This document shows, one piece after another, positions 36,345 to 50,435 of a stretch of 64,000 nt of DNA (positions are counted from its first letter, which is position 1; each line of letters starts with the position of its first letter). The notes under the pieces are model-generated. The model searched no databases and had not been told where the DNA came from. It saw only the letters and a list, made by a program, of their open reading frames with translations. Source of the DNA: Felis catus (lineage: Eukaryota); NCBI RefSeq assembly GCF_018350175.1, contig NC_058368.1, positions 77,564,001-77,628,000 on the forward strand. Reading direction: 5' to 3'. The position numbers and the translations under genes were made by a program.

Positions 36345-37150
36345 TGGAAGCAGTAGAGAGCAAAAATGTCCAGATAGCCTCTGCTTTTGCAGATTAAGTA
36401 TGGTGACACTTAAAACAGGAAGACTGTTTTAGATGATCTGATTGGTTCTAGTCTGATCACATGCATCCTTAGAAGTAGAGAAATTTCAAAAGAAAGTAGA
36501 GAACTTTCTTCCACTGGAAGCAGAAAAATGGAGCTGAAGGGAAAGTCAGAAAGATCCCATGTGTGAGCAGAATTGGAGGTGTTGTCTCTGGCTCTGAGAC
36601 GGAGGGCCCACACGTAAGCATTGGAGAGAATTTCTAGGAACTAAGGGCAGACCCCCAGATGACCGCCAATGAGGAAATGGGGACCTCAGTCCTTTAACAC
36701 CGAGGCCCTGGATTCTGCCACAGCCTGAGTGTGCCTGGTGGAGAATCCCTCCCGTAGCCTCCTGATAAGAGCCAGTCCAAACCCGAATTTCAGCCTGTGA
36801 TATCCCCAGCAGGCAGCACAGCTGAGCTAACGGGTAATTCTAACCCACAGAACCATGTCATAAGATATTTGTGTTCTTTTTTTCTTTTCTTCTTTTCTTT
36901 TCTTTCCTTTTCTTTTCTTTTCTTTTCTTTCTTTTCTTTTCTTTTCTTTTCTCTTCTCTTCTCTTCTCTTCTTTTCTCTTTTTCTCTTCTTTTTTCTTCT
37001 TTTCTCTTTTCTCTTTTCTCTTTTCTTCGCTTCTTTTCTTTCTCCTCTTCCTTTTTCTTCTCTTTTCTTTTTTCTTCTCTTCTCTTCTAACATATTTGTG
37101 TTCTTTTAAGTTGCAAACTGTATGGTCATTTGTTATGGCTGCAATAAGCA
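36345..37150 (+). mobile_element. MLT1 MaLR LTR (older subfamily) containing a pyrimidine tract
   Basis: aggaaatggggacctcagtcc...ttctaacccacagaacc...tttgttatggctgcaata. Confidence 0.75.
36874..37088. repeat. (TTTTC)/(CTTCT)n polypyrimidine repeat
   Basis: Direct reading. Confidence 0.95.
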
Positions 37151-37289
37151 AATCCCAATGCCAGCATGCTCACATGTGCGAGGCACACTGGTGGGGGCTG
37201 GTTATAATTAGGGATGGTCTGTTAATTTATCCTCAAACTTGATGGGTATTTATAGTTATACTTTCCTTTACACAAGGAAGACAAGAAAC

Positions 37290-37500
37290 AGTATCTACTG
37301 AGCATTGAGTATGTGTCCGGAATCGTCTTAAATGCTTAACAAGTGTTGATGCTTTTACTTCTCACAACAACCTCATATTATGGCCCCATTTCTGGCTGCC
37401 GGAACCAAAGTTCTGAAAATATGAATAGCTCATTTGAATTCACACGGAAATTACAGCCAGGATCCCCTTGATCCCGAAGCCATAATTCTTTGACTATACC
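37290..37500 (-). mobile_element. MIR
   Basis: tactgagcattgagtatgtg...tctcacaacaacc. Confidence 0.65.
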
Positions 37501-40500
37501 TTAAAGGAAATGTTTGGGACTGTGAGAAACGTGAATGGTATTTTTATTTTATTTACTTGCTGAACTAGCTACTTGCACTGTATTTTTTCCAGATGCAGGA
37601 CCGAACAGCCCATGTTGTTGGTTGGCAAGGGCTTGGGCAGGGGCCATGGGGAGAGCTGGAGACCACTCTGCCTGACGTGAGGGAGATGTTATTGGCGTCC
37701 GTGGACTCCAAGGGAGGAAGGAGTGAGGAACAGAAAAGGCGCTGTGATGGCAGGCTGGGGGAGATGAAACTAAGAAATCTGAGAGCTTCATTGGAGTGAG
37801 AGTCTATTCTTGGAGGTGAGGTACCTCAGAAGGATTTTGGAGACTGAGGATTTGGCCTTTCTTCCCTGCAGCCCCTTCCTGATACCCTTGGCTCCTCTTG
37901 AGTAAAGTCTCCTGTATTCGTAAGTGTCTGTGAGAGTGGCTTTCTTTCTGTGTAAAAGTCATCAAAGAGTTTTGGCTTCATATCTACAATCACATGGGGC
38001 ACAACAGCAACTCTGCTGAGGAAAGAAGATTCCAGAAAGAGAAGATAGGAGAACATAATCACCCACCCCAGCTAAGAGCTCCCACCCCAGGATTTCACAG
38101 AGGGTTTCAGAAAGGCCACAGAATTGAGAACTTCAAACCAATCTTCCTGGCCTTGGAGGCCCCAGCAGGCACCTGGGCAATGCCAGCCTTTGTCCTCAGT
38201 TTTCCACACCTGTGGTTAGGTGAGGTGCCATTGCCCTTCTGGGGACAGTAGTTTACAGTGAGGTGACAGGTCTCACAGAAAATAGTGCTCTCACAGCTAG
38301 GTTTGTAAACTCAAATATACTGGTATGTCATCTTGGGGACAACATGTAATTGGGCACAGAATGGCAGTTTCTGAGGCAGAAGGGGGAAAAAACGGAACAG
38401 GGAGAGGGGAATAAACTACGTTACAAGGTGTTCCAAGCAAGGCTGTGTATGGGAATCAGTCTCTAATTTCAGTTTGGGAAATACTGGTCGTGGCAACCAT
38501 TAATTTTGGCAAAATGACGACAGGTTCTAGAATATACTTATTTTACAGTTTGTCTAAAGAGGGTGCCTGTGCAGAAAATACAGACTAGAGATGGAGAAAA
38601 TAAAAGATGAAAGACTTTAATATTGTAGGGCATCTGTTTCTCAAGCAAGGTATGTTGGTGCATTTAATCATTAAGGTTCGTGGCAGCTAACAATTTCAAT
38701 GAAAATCTAGGATTGGTGGTTACATACTGTCCACCGAAGTAAATGGCCTCTCTACTGTGACAAATTATCGTCCCTCTGAACGCCTGTGACGTGGGGTCCT
38801 GGGCGCCCACTGCTTCAACAAACACCCAAACAGATGCAATGTTCCCATGCAGGTGCAATCAGCAGAGATTATAACCTCAGAAAGGTCACAGATATTCTAT
38901 GAGGCTCTACAGATGCGACCACTGCTCTCGAAAGGAACTATCTTCTACTCGTGGATTATATCTGCAATTTAGTTCTCAAAGATAATCTATGTTAGATATT
39001 GCAGGCCGGGGGAGTTTCATGAAAAACAGAGACTTCACTCTGCCACAGGGATGCTCAGGTAATTGAGTTTTCCAAATGTCAAGGGTCTACAACAAAATAG
39101 GAATTTAGGTCTCTAGTGAGCTCAGTGCCAAGGTGGTTTCCTAACACTTAGATTCTTTCAGATTGCTATATATCTACCAAAGAGCCTTAAATTGCTTGGA
39201 AAGAAAAATTACAGTTTGGGTAGTCTTTATCAATTCCAAATTAACCCTACCTTTTTGCCCTATCTTTCTAGAATGTGTCTGTTCTGTTGCTGACTTCTCC
39301 ACTCGTCCCCGATCTTCTCTCGCTGCCTAGCGCTCATGGTCAGGTTGCACAGACTGTGCAACTCAGCCCCCCAGGGTAAAGCTTTAGATTAAATGACTTC
39401 CACTAATAACTGGCATTTGTGCTTTTAAAAGTTCATGATCAAACAAAAAAGCAAAAGTAAACAAAACTCCCACTAAAATAAAATTTATCTTGTGAGAGAG
39501 GCTCCAACTCTTGCTACAACTAATTGGCTGCTGTTCAAGTTCTCTTGTTAGCCCCGCTGGACGGGGACACACTCTGCGGTCAAATTCAGCAAGGGCCAAC
39601 ACATTTCAATCAGATGGTCAGACGCATTAGGAGACATTTTAGTTTTGCCTTCTGAACAACAACTTGAGAAACAGAGGCCAAACGCACAAAATTCACAGAT
39701 TCTGCTTTACTCAAGCCTTTTCTTCTTTCAACCCCGCTGTTTAGACAAATATTTTGGTGACTACCATCGTGCCCTACTCATGTACCCACAGTGAGACACA
39801 GGAAAATGAATCAAACATACAGTGGCCTGAAATCTAATAAAGGAGAAAGGAGGTGTACAAGAATACATACAATCCGGTAGAGAAAGCACACAGATGTTCT
39901 GAATCCCTGTTACAGGAGCTCTTTGGAGAGAGATGGCTTCTGGCCCAGGCACCAGGGGAGACATCACAAAGGAAGTAGCTTTGATGTGTTTGGACAAGGA
40001 ATGGAGAGGAAGAACATTTCCGGTGACCATCTTTTACTTCTCGACAGTATCTCATTTGCTCCTCCAAAAAAGTAAATGTTACCACCAAAGTGCTGAGACG
40101 TAAACTAGAGATAATAATGGCAAATAATTTCATATTTTGTTGTAGATAGTAATGCAGTAACATACGAGCATAAATTAGAGAACTGGCTTAACGGGTCATT
40201 TCTTGAGGAGTTACAAATCACAGCTGGGCACAGCTCCCTGCTACTTTAGGGGTCCCGCGTGGCTCTCCGTGGCCTGTTACTTGCACGGACTGCATTAAGT
40301 TAGGTCAGAAGACGGTTTCAGCAGGCCATTTGGATTATGCATCTGTTGTGTTGCAACAAGTAAAAAAAAATGAATTATATATATAATGAATAAATGTACA
40401 CACATGAATATACATTTGTATATCTATGCATGTACGTACATATGTGTGTATATACATATGGACATGTAAGTGTCTCTGTTTATGTATGGATCCATATACA

Positions 40501-41966
40501 CATGTGTTTTTCTACCTCTATTTTATATGCCTCATACGTATTGTACCATATAATTCAATCAAACCTGTTACTGATTTAATAAAATTATTACTAACTCATT
40601 ACTATTAATATAATTTATTTCCTTGCTTCTTCATTTGCTTGCTGTGTTACCTTCAGAAAATTACCTAACTCTTCTGAGCCTTAATTTCTTCAATGGCCAT
40701 AGGGTGTGAGTGATGGTAACTGTCACACAAACTAGGTGAACTTCAGCGAGGTCAAGTTGAGAATTGCTTCGCGGCGCACGTACTTGGCGGTTGCTGGGGA
40801 GCAGACTCCCCAAGTGTTTTGAGCCCCATTGTTGTCTGTGCGGTCGTGCTGACCACACTCCAAGAGACATGGAAAGCTAATTAAACGGTTGGAATGTGAG
40901 GCCTCCTTGTTTAAGGATGCCTAGAGAAGAAACTCCCAGAAGCACGTCTTTCTAAAATAACCAAAGAAACACAGTGTTGGAAATTAAAAGTACGACGTCT
41001 TCTGCCATCAACAAGAGAATAAACCACATGTGTGGCCCCTGCATCATGGAACACACTATATTATGCAGGCAAAGTTAGTCAACATCCGTGAAGTGAGATC
41101 TATGCTAATGTACTCGCTGGAAAACCATGACAATACGCATGACTGAAATGTCGATTTTGATGGGTAACATGTATTTTTTTTCCTATTCACATACAGGTTC
41201 CTCTGGGACCAGGTGAAAGTCAAAGTGGCATAGAGAGAATGCTCCCCTTTGCAGCTACTTTTTACCAGCATTTCAAGCTGAAGAGCACGCTCTTAAAGTG
41301 TCACTTTGAGTTAACTCTCGGTTTTAAAAGCTGCTTACAGTCCTGGATATTATTGGAGATCCTGAACAATTTCACTGACTCTCCCTTTAATCTTACCTCC
41401 TGCACTGTTGCCAGGCCGGTCTAGTGAGTCCCCTGAACAGGTTCTGAACATTCCCTTCCCTGGAATTGTGTTCACTATTCTCTCATTCTTGTAATTCATT
41501 CTTTTCCCTTCTCCCAGATCAAAGGATTCCCATTTTTCTCTTTCAGTCTTTTTCCTCTCATGGGGATTGCTCCCTAGACAGCGAAACCCACAGTGAACCT
41601 CTCCCATTTTAACATTATTGTATTTCCTGCTGGTTTGCTGTGTATCATTCATTGATGTATTTTGTGATTGTCCTGACTCTTTGACCCGACTTCAAGGGTC
41701 TACGAGTTAGAGTGGGTTTTGCCTTCCCACCCCTCAGTGTTTACAATGGACTAATGGGTGGTCTAGTTAGATTTATAGCTAAAGAGTTGTTGAATGACTG
41801 CTGTAATGTCACTTTATAAGAGACACAACAGAATATGCCTTTACAAGTGGTCGATTTAATCAAAGCCATATTGATAAAAAATTATGAAGTTCTACTCCCT
41901 ATCAGGTTTGCCCCCTCTCCTTCCTCCCTTCCTCCCTTCCTTCTTGTTTTGTCAATGGCAATATCT

Positions 41967-42028
41967 CTCCACGTTAGGAACCAAATAAAAAATGTTGCTC
42001 CACATTAGGAACCAAGTAAAAAATGTCG
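41967..42028. repeat. 31-bp tandem duplication (3 mismatches)
   Basis: ctccacgttaggaaccaaataaaaaatgttg followed by ctccacattaggaaccaagtaaaaaatgtcg. Confidence 0.9.
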
Positions 42029-42780
42029 CGGCCTCTGGAGTGTAACGTTTAATCACTTCCTAAGTGGTGCTGAAATCAAAGTGTTCAAAGATTCTGTCTT
42101 TGTCTGTATCCCATCCGAATGGAGGGTGTTTCCCGATGACAGTGCAACTGTGGCAAAAAGAAATTCTGTACCCAGCTTCCAGTATAAGTTGTCTGTGTGC
42201 ACTTTAATGACTAAATTAGTATGCCACATCAGTTCTGCTCCACGGTCATGATAAAACTTGCATTTATATAACCTGTAATCATTTTCACTATGGGCACAAG
42301 GGAGAAATTGATTTCTAAAGCTGACGACCACAAATGTGGTTAGGCCATTGCAGAGACGCGAGAATTTGCAAATGACTTGTAGCAACATGCAACAGACAAG
42401 TTCAAATTAAATGGCATGGCAATAGAAATAATGACTTCCATGATGGCTGCTATGGCACAAATAAAGAGAAAAGTAAAGTAGACATTTGTATGCGTTCACA
42501 AGTCAACAAATTGCGTTGGAAATGAACTGAATCGGAGCAACAGGAAGTTTGTGTAGAGTTGCTAGTTGTTTCTGACTCAACTAGTATATTAGAGCCTGAA
42601 CTTGATTCAAACTATGCAATCTCCACTCAACTATGGTGCTCAGATCCCAAAAGGATTCAGGCCCCAAATCATCTTTCCTCCTTACTTCCATATGAAAAAC
42701 GCATCAGAATCATCAAATCCATGTGGAACTGAACTGCAAATGTGGAAGCTTAGTTGTTGTTTACCAAGTTCAGCCAGTCT

Positions 42781-43100
42781 TTTTTTTTTTTAATTATGAA
42801 AATTTTTGAGCATGCAGAAAGAAAAGAGAATAATAAATTAACCCTCACACATCATCGCCCAGCTTCAACTGGTACCACATCAGACTTGATCTGGATCCCT
42901 ACCCACTTTTGTACACTCTGGATTACTTTGAAGACCAGACATTATATTAATATATTTTATTTAAAAAAACATATTTAAGTAGACGTTTTAGAACATAACC
43001 TCAATAACATTATCCTACCTGAAAATTAAAATAATACCTTAATACACTCAAATTTCTCTTACTTCCTAATGTTTAATAGTTTGTTCAAATCAAGATGCAA
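42781..43100 (-). mobile_element. Old L1MC-like 3' end
   Basis: T-run then aattatgaaaatt...cccagcttcaac...ctggattactttgaa. Confidence 0.65.
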
Positions 43101-43102
43101 CA

Positions 43103-43345
43103 GGGGCGCCTGTGTGGCTCAGTCGGTAAGTGTCCAACATTGGCTCAGGTCATGACCTCGCGGTTTGTGAGTTCAAGCCCCGCGTCGGGCTCTGTGCTGC
43201 CAGCTCAGAACCTGGAACCTGCTTCGGATTCTGTGTCTCCCTCTCTCTCTCTCTGCCCCTCCCCCATTTATGCTCTGTCTCTCAAAAATCTATCAAATTT
43301 TGATGTCTATCAAAAATAAATAAAAGGTAAAAAAAAAATTAAAAA
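43103..43345 (+). mobile_element. Felid Can-SINE
   Basis: 16-bp TSD aaatcaagatgcaaca. Confidence 0.95.
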
Positions 43346-43376
43346 AAATCAAGATGCAACAAATACAACAGGTTGA

Positions 43377-43575
43377 TTTTTTTAACGTTAGTTATTTATT
43401 TTTGAGAGGGAGAGAAAGCACGAGTAGGGGAGGGTCAGGGGGAGGGAGAGAGAGAATCCCAAGCAGGCTTCACACCATCAGTACATAGTCCAATGCGAGG
43501 CTTGATCCCACGAACCTCGAGATCATGACCGCAGCCGAAGTCAGAAGCTTAACCGACTGAACCACCATGCGCCCC
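43377..43575 (-). mobile_element. Can-SINE
   Basis: Tail-to-tail with the previous copy. Confidence 0.9.
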
Positions 43576-43705
43576 TAGACCCACTCTAATTTTTATCTTC
43601 ACTTAATGACATGTGCAAAGAACTTTCTAAATAAGGTCACCTTCACAGGTGCTGGGAGTTAGAACTTCAAAATATCTCGTTTGGGGGGACAGAATTAAAG
43701 CCACA
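43576..43705 (-). mobile_element. MLT1 LTR fragment
   Basis: aaataaggtcaccttcacaggtgctgggagttagaacttc. Confidence 0.75.
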
Positions 43706-45409
43706 GCAGCCGTCTTGGGAGGGCCGTGGAGCTCTGATGCCCCCGCAAAGCCCCACGTGTTTGTCCTGCTACAAATTCTGCAGGAGTGTCCTGACCCGGG
43801 ATGATGTAATATCGACACTGAGGGCATATGTCATCACTCCACTCTATGTCTGAATTGTGTAACGGTGGTTTTTTTCCCCTCCCCACCTTAGCCTCAAAAA
43901 AACACCAGTAGTGTGTTCACTTGAAAATGCTCCCCAAAGTATATAAAGATGGATGTGGTTTTATTGGGAAAGCGGTCAGACCAAGTCTGGAAAGGAGCAG
44001 AAGAATCATTGCTACAAAAAAACCCAAAACCACTCCCTTGCAAGAGAGGACTATACCTTCCAGGTGCAAAGGCAAACGCGAGTTGTTGGTTTTCTGTTTT
44101 CCTCTTGCCAAAGAAGCTTAAGTCCTCCCCAAAGTTCAAAATTATTCTCTCAAAGCATCTTCGCTCTCAACTTTTCCTCTGGCCCCTGTGCAAAGGAGCC
44201 TCGCACCATAAACGTGCATCTCTCAGTTCAATTTTCCTCTCCTTTAGGGCTTTCTCTCCAGAGCTTTTGACCTGAGGACAGACGGCAGAAGTGGAGAAGC
44301 AGAAAAGAACGATGGGTGCATGGATACCATAGTTACGGTTTTTTTCTTGTTCTGATGGTGCTTACTGATGTGCTCTGCGGCAGTCGGGTTGCTGAAAAAG
44401 GTAGACCTTCTCCTGCAGCGACATTCTGACTGCCAAAGAGGATGAACTCTTGTGGCTCCGCTGGAGGACTGAGCCCCACAGTGAATCGGCCATTTAAATC
44501 CAAGCAGAGAGATCCTCCTCTAGAACCATCGCAAATTTTAATAGATCTGTCAAGCTACAACCTCACTGGCTTGTCAAATAACCTCCAGAGCCGGGCACGT
44601 ACACGTACTTTCTCCCACTCTCGTTCATTTTTCAGCATTGCTGTCCCCACACACCGAGCACCTTGTCATCTGGCTATGATATGACAGGGTTGGAAGTTCA
44701 GTGAGCAACAGTGAGATTGCGAAGCCAGACGAGGCTCCGTTTTATATTTCCCTGTGTGCTGAATACGACAAAACAAGTCACATGACAGACACAGAGACCA
44801 CCCCGAAGCACACAGAGACACAGAGGGATCATCGCCAATTATTCTGATGGCAGCAATGAAGTCATTCTTAGCATGTGCGGAGGCTCAATACCAGAAAGAG
44901 AGTTGGTGGAAGGTCTCATTCATGAAGAACTTGTCTCGTACGAATGGTTTCTATGAAATCTGGATTCGTAGCTACAGACGTATGAAGCAGAAAGTGTTCA
45001 CCGCGCTAAGATTTTAATACCAAAAACATCAGGTTAGACACAGAGATGCGTTGCTCCTTATGATGACACGTGGTTTCAAATGCCTAGACATCTAAACTTA
45101 AAGGGAGAACCAGAGTCATTTTGGCCTTTTTAACATTCTCCTTCCCTTCCCTTTGGGTGTGTTATCTGACACTAAGTTGTCTAATGCTAAGGCCTGCTGT
45201 AAGCCCACAATCAAAAAGAGGGCTGCATGTGTGGAATGAGTAAGTTCATCATGAGTATATCCATAAAAGCTCTCAGGCCAACTTATTTTTGAGGAACGAG
45301 AGTCTCATGGAAGCTATTATTTCCCCGTTATTTTATTCCTTCAATGACATATGGTCAGTGTGGCTAATCTGGACCACCCGTTCAACTCCGCCCTCTGACT
45401 TTTCCTACT

Positions 45410-45810
45410 AAAGACAGACTAAGCTGTGGTATAGAAAATCCAGAGTAACAGTGGCTTAAATGATGTACAAGCTTATATCTCTGTCGATGAATTAGAAGCA
45501 ATCAGGGCTGGTCTGTGGTCCCAGATTATCAGGGACCCCACCTCTTTCTCCCTTGTTGACACATATCCCTCAATATAGTTCCCATATCGAGGTATCGCAT
45601 AAATGTTGGAGCCTGCAGATACGGGCGAAATGGCAGAAACAGAGACATCTCTTTAAGTCGCCTCGTGAATATTCTATGTCACTCCCATTTATATCCCACG
45701 GGCACGAACTTTGTTACGTGAGAAATGGGAGTCTTTATTCTGAATGTCCCTGGGCATGGCCAACCTCTGGGGACGAGAAGAAGGAATACTGAGGATAACT
45801 AGTCTCGTAC
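45410..45810 (-). mobile_element. Old MLT1 (J/K-like) LTR
   Basis: aagctgtgg...aacagtggcttaaa start motif. Confidence 0.5.
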
Positions 45811-46318
45811 TCACCCAGGAAAATGGAACGCAAGAGAAGGTAGCAAAAGTTAGGGCAAGGAAAAAAATACCACCATTAAGTCGTAGGTGCTCAGATGTGG
45901 GAATTAATTGAAAGAAATCACAGAGGGATCAGAACTGGGGGCTAACTCTTCAGCCCACCTTCAGGAATGAATCACAGTGGTGCCAGACTGAGTTGTCAAG
46001 CGAAGCTCTTCGAGCGGGCCTGGATCACCCCGTGCCATAACACAGGCCCGGGCCTTATCAGTTGGTGCTTATTAAGGGTGCGCAGGATGCTAAGTGCTGA
46101 ATGAGACTGACCTGAGTGCTGTTCCAGAACTCACACTCTCCTGAACTCTTATTTCAGGCCAAGAGGATAGAGGACAAAGTCTCACTGTCATTTCCTGTTT
46201 GGAGGTATTGATCATGTTTTCCATTTGATTCACATCTGTCCTGGCTGACAGAAGAAAACCAAACTTGGGGAGAATTCGTTGTGAGGGTGGCCCTGGAGTT
46301 TGGTTTACCTGGGGAAGG

Positions 46319-46359
46319 ACACACACACACACACACATACACACACACAAACACACACA
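46319..46359. repeat. Imperfect (CA)n
   Basis: Direct reading. Confidence 0.9.
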
Positions 46360-47036
46360 GCCTGTGGCTTCATTAGGAGCCTCGTGGACCCAGAGGGCAA
46401 GCTATCTAGCATATTTCCATAACACCAGATCATTACCGGGTGCAGAAGCGTACCCATAGCGACATGTATTCTCACATCCAGTTTCACACCCCCTGGTGCA
46501 AAATAATACAGGATTTCATTTTGATATATTCATAACTATCCTGAGAGGCAAAGAGGCAAAATATCATTATCCTTTGACAAACGACCAGGCGTAGGTTCAG
46601 GCAGGCTAAGAACATTGCTCAAATCAGGAGGGGGCTTAAGGGACTCAGGTACACTGCTTCGCTGTGCAAAAAAAAAAAAAAAAAAAAAAAAAATGCATTT
46701 ATATCAAAAACTATTTTAAAAGGGATGTCGTTTTGACATCTTTGATTTCAGTGCAGGCGTTATGTACTGAGCACCCTGGTTTCCTATGGAAAGTGTTAAT
46801 GATTGAGCATTTTAACACAAAGTGCATAAAATATGTGGTTCTGTGTAATTACTGTGAGATAAACAGACCTACGTTGGCTCTTTATGACTCATCACAATTC
46901 TTAGAAAAACCCATGAGTTCCTGCATCTAAGCTACAAAGGATTATTTTCCTCCACGCGGAGTTATAACAAATACTATGAATTCACTCCCAACTAAGGTCC
47001 GTGTAAAGATCATCATTATATGACACATAATGTCCT

Positions 47037-47487
47037 TTGGATTTGTTTCCTATGGCTGCCACAACGAATCACCACGAACTGGTGGCTTAAAACAACAGAA
47101 ATGTATTCTCGCACGGCCCCGGAGGCCAGGAATCCAAAGTCAAGGCATCAGTAGGGCTGGGCTCACTCCAGAGGCTCTCAGAGAGATTCTGTTCGTGCCT
47201 TTTCTAGCTTCTGGTGACTGGAGGCCACTCTTGGCACTCCTTGTAGCCACTGTACCTCGATATCTGCCTCTGTCTTTACGTGGGCATATCATACCTCTTG
47301 GGCTTCTCTTCTAAGTCACTTGGGATTGGATTTAGGGCTCATTCAGATAATCTAGAATGACCTCTTCATCTCAAGATCCTTAGCTTAATTATATTTATAA
47401 AGGTCCTTCTCCCAAAGGTAACTTCAACAGGTTCTGAGGGATGAGGCTGTAGACATATCTTTTGGGGGGCCACTGTTCAGCCCACTG
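47037..47487 (-). mobile_element. MLT1C-like MaLR LTR
   Basis: ggtggcttaaaacaacagaaatgtattctc...tcaagatccttagcttaatta...ttcagcccac. Confidence 0.85.
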
Positions 47488-47519
47488 CTCCCTTTATGGT
47501 GTGACAAACTGTGCACATT

Positions 47520-47777
47520 TTATTATTTTTCAATTTTTAAAGTTTATTTATTTTGAAAGAGAAATAGAATGAGTGGAGGGAAGGAGAGAGAGAGAGAGAG
47601 ACAGAGAAAAAGCATGAGTTGGGGAGGGGCAGAGAGAGGGAGACACAGAATCCAAAGCAGGCTTCAGGCTCTGAGCCATCAGCACAGAGCCCAACGCAGG
47701 GCTCGAACTCACGGACCGCAAGATCATGACCTGAGCTGAGGTCAGACACTCAACGGACCGAGCCACCCAGGCGCCCC
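47520..47777 (-). mobile_element. Felid Can-SINE
   Basis: Full length. Confidence 0.95.
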
Positions 47778-49302
47778 AAAGATATATTTTCAAGATCCCA
47801 TCAAATGGGGTTTAATTACTATCCAAGTTGTACATAGTTTTTAAGAATAGAAAGAGATGAAATTCTTCTTGATAGTGGAGACTATAAAAGTAGTTAATTC
47901 TTAAGATTGTCTCTTCTTTATGATATTTTAAAATGCAACAGAAGTCAGCTGGTATGTTTTCTCCACGAGCTTTAGTGCCTTTTCAAAGATCGTCTTAGGG
48001 CAAATGTGAGAAGACAGTAATTAAAGCCTTATTATAAATGCCTGGTCCATTCGTTTACAAAACCAAAGGAGGAACGGAAAATAAACAAGCTATCATGAAT
48101 TTTTATTTTTTACGAACTCACATTAACGCAAATTGCCCTGCAGGAGGAAGAGTGATCATGGAAAGCTTATAAATATAATGCCAATCTTCTGAAACCTATA
48201 AATTTTATTTTCAAAAAGTTAAATGTCTATTAGCCGGAGGCACTGAAATTGCTAGTCTATGAACTTGACGAAAAAGAATAAAAACCCCAGTTTCACTTTC
48301 CTCCTTCCAAATTATGGTTTGGGGGAAGGTTAGCTTTCCTGCAAATACTTGTCCAGAAGCGATCACTTGAGTAATCCCTACCCAGTGTATACCAACCCAA
48401 TGCAGTGAGATGAATTGGCAATGGCCGGGAGGCATGATTCCTCCTCCCCAAATGGTCTATGTCTGACTCACTCTGTAAGAAATTTGAGTTTCCTGAGTTC
48501 TAGAGAGAATTCAAACACACTCTTGCAAAGGTCTATGTATTATCCTGTGTTCTCAACAAGAGGACTCTGGAAGACTTACAAAGGCCGAATCAGTAGGTGG
48601 TAAAGAGCCAATGACTCTGCTTGGTGGGCATACTGAACTCAGATTGACATAGACCTTCAGTCAGTCAAATGAAGGCTGTTTGGCATGTAGATCTGAAAGT
48701 GACTTTATACAAAGAAAAAAATTAGAGCTTTACAATTTTTCATTTCTCATCTAGTAAATGATTTACCTCGTCCTCACCCACCACTCCATGCTAGGATTTG
48801 GATTTAAAGAAAAACATGGCAGAGAATATTGGAAAATAAACCAACAAACTTGGAGTTAAAAGATCCAGAGTTTAGCCCTTTTGCTCTGAGCCCACGTTTC
48901 TTCCACTGCAAACCTTGGAGGAACTTTTGAAATAAGAGTTTTAAGACACCATCACAGGAAAAACCCAAAATATAGGCCAGCAAAGGTGGTACCTCATTAG
49001 AATAAACAAATTTCATGAGATTGCCCTTCAACCTTTATTATGAGAAAGTCCATCAGCTGGAAGTAAGAGATGGTTCTGAGAGAGATATCATTTTGAAGTT
49101 AGTACTGGTGACGTAGGCTTGTGTTTTTATCAAGGTTTTAACATCCAATTTATGTTCTTGTGATTGTACTGACCCTGGGGAATCATAACAAAAACATTAG
49201 TAATTAACCTTCCATTCCAGGGCATTCTTTAATCGGTAGAAAAGGCAGAAATTAAAAACTTGCAGCACTAGTCAAAGGAAAAGAGGTACCTGATGGGTAA
49301 AC

Positions 49303-49546
49303 TTTTATTTTTTTAAAATTTTTTAATATTTACTTATTTTTGAGAGAGAGAAAGAGAATGAGAGAGAGAGAGCGCACAAGCCAGCAGGGGAGGGGCCGAG
49401 AGAGAGGGAGAGACAGAATCGGAAGCAGGCTCCAGGCTCCAAGTTGTCAGTGCAGAACCAGATGCAAGGTCCGAACTCATGAGCCAAGAGAACATTACCT
49501 GAGCCGAAGTTGGATGCTTAACCTACTGAGCCACAAAGGTGACCCC
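49303..49546 (-). mobile_element. Can-SINE
   Basis: Full length, diverged. Confidence 0.9.
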
Positions 49547-50174
49547 TGAAATTTCTTTTAGAAATTACCTTCCAGTAAGACATACAATGCCTCTGTTGAA
49601 ACAGTAACAACTTGTTGGGGACACATGACACGCCAGCCACGAACATCCCACGCAAACTTAAATATGAATTGTAATTTGCCTCAGCACACCTTTTTATTCT
49701 CACATTCCATGACTATTTACCAATTGCCCATTCCTTGAAAGGCAACAATACGTATCTCTAAACAAATGTTGGCCCTCTAGGAATTGAAAATTTAAGCAGA
49801 GAAGAAATATTTCCTAAAATTACAGCACTAAAGTACATCATCTGATAAATATCATTAAGGATGGCCATAGAAAGAAACACGAAATAGGACAAAAGCTTTC
49901 AGAGGTAGGGGAAATCACTGAGGAAGATCTTGGATTGGGTGAGACAGTGGAAAACAACGTGTGGACATCTCTCAATGCTTTTAAAGCGAACCCTGAAGAG
50001 CCCTAATCTGTGGTCAGAGATGTTTGGGAAGGAGCAACCACGCATGGCTGTGGGCATTTAGATACCAAAAGGCCAAGAGAAACGCTGGAGAAAATCTACC
50101 TGACTTTGTTCAGCTCAGCATTTCTCAAACATAGGCACCTGCTAATGTAACTCATTCGCTGTCAGTAACACCCA

Positions 50175-50435
50175 TTACTATAGTATTAAATACGTCTGGA
50201 TTGGATCCTAATTCCTCCACTGCTAGCTTTGTTAACTCAGTGAATTCATCTAACCCTTCTGAGCCTTGATTTCCTTATCTGTAAACTAGGAACAATAACA
50301 CATACTCTTATTCCTTTAGGATCAGTTCCTATAAGGACCCGAGTGACCTAATCATCATATGAATACCGATACATTGGTATCAGGCACAGAGAACACCCAG
50401 AGAGAACAAGGTTCTTGCTGGGAGCTCAGTAAATG
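50175..50435 (+). mobile_element. MIR
   Basis: ctaacccttctgagccttgatttccttatctgtaaa core. Confidence 0.65.

Noticed and set aside
36797..37242. Lys/Arg/Glu-rich and Phe/Ser-rich ORFs
   Set aside because: Polypyrimidine repeat inside an LTR; the same applies to 12092-12316 and 53556-53789.
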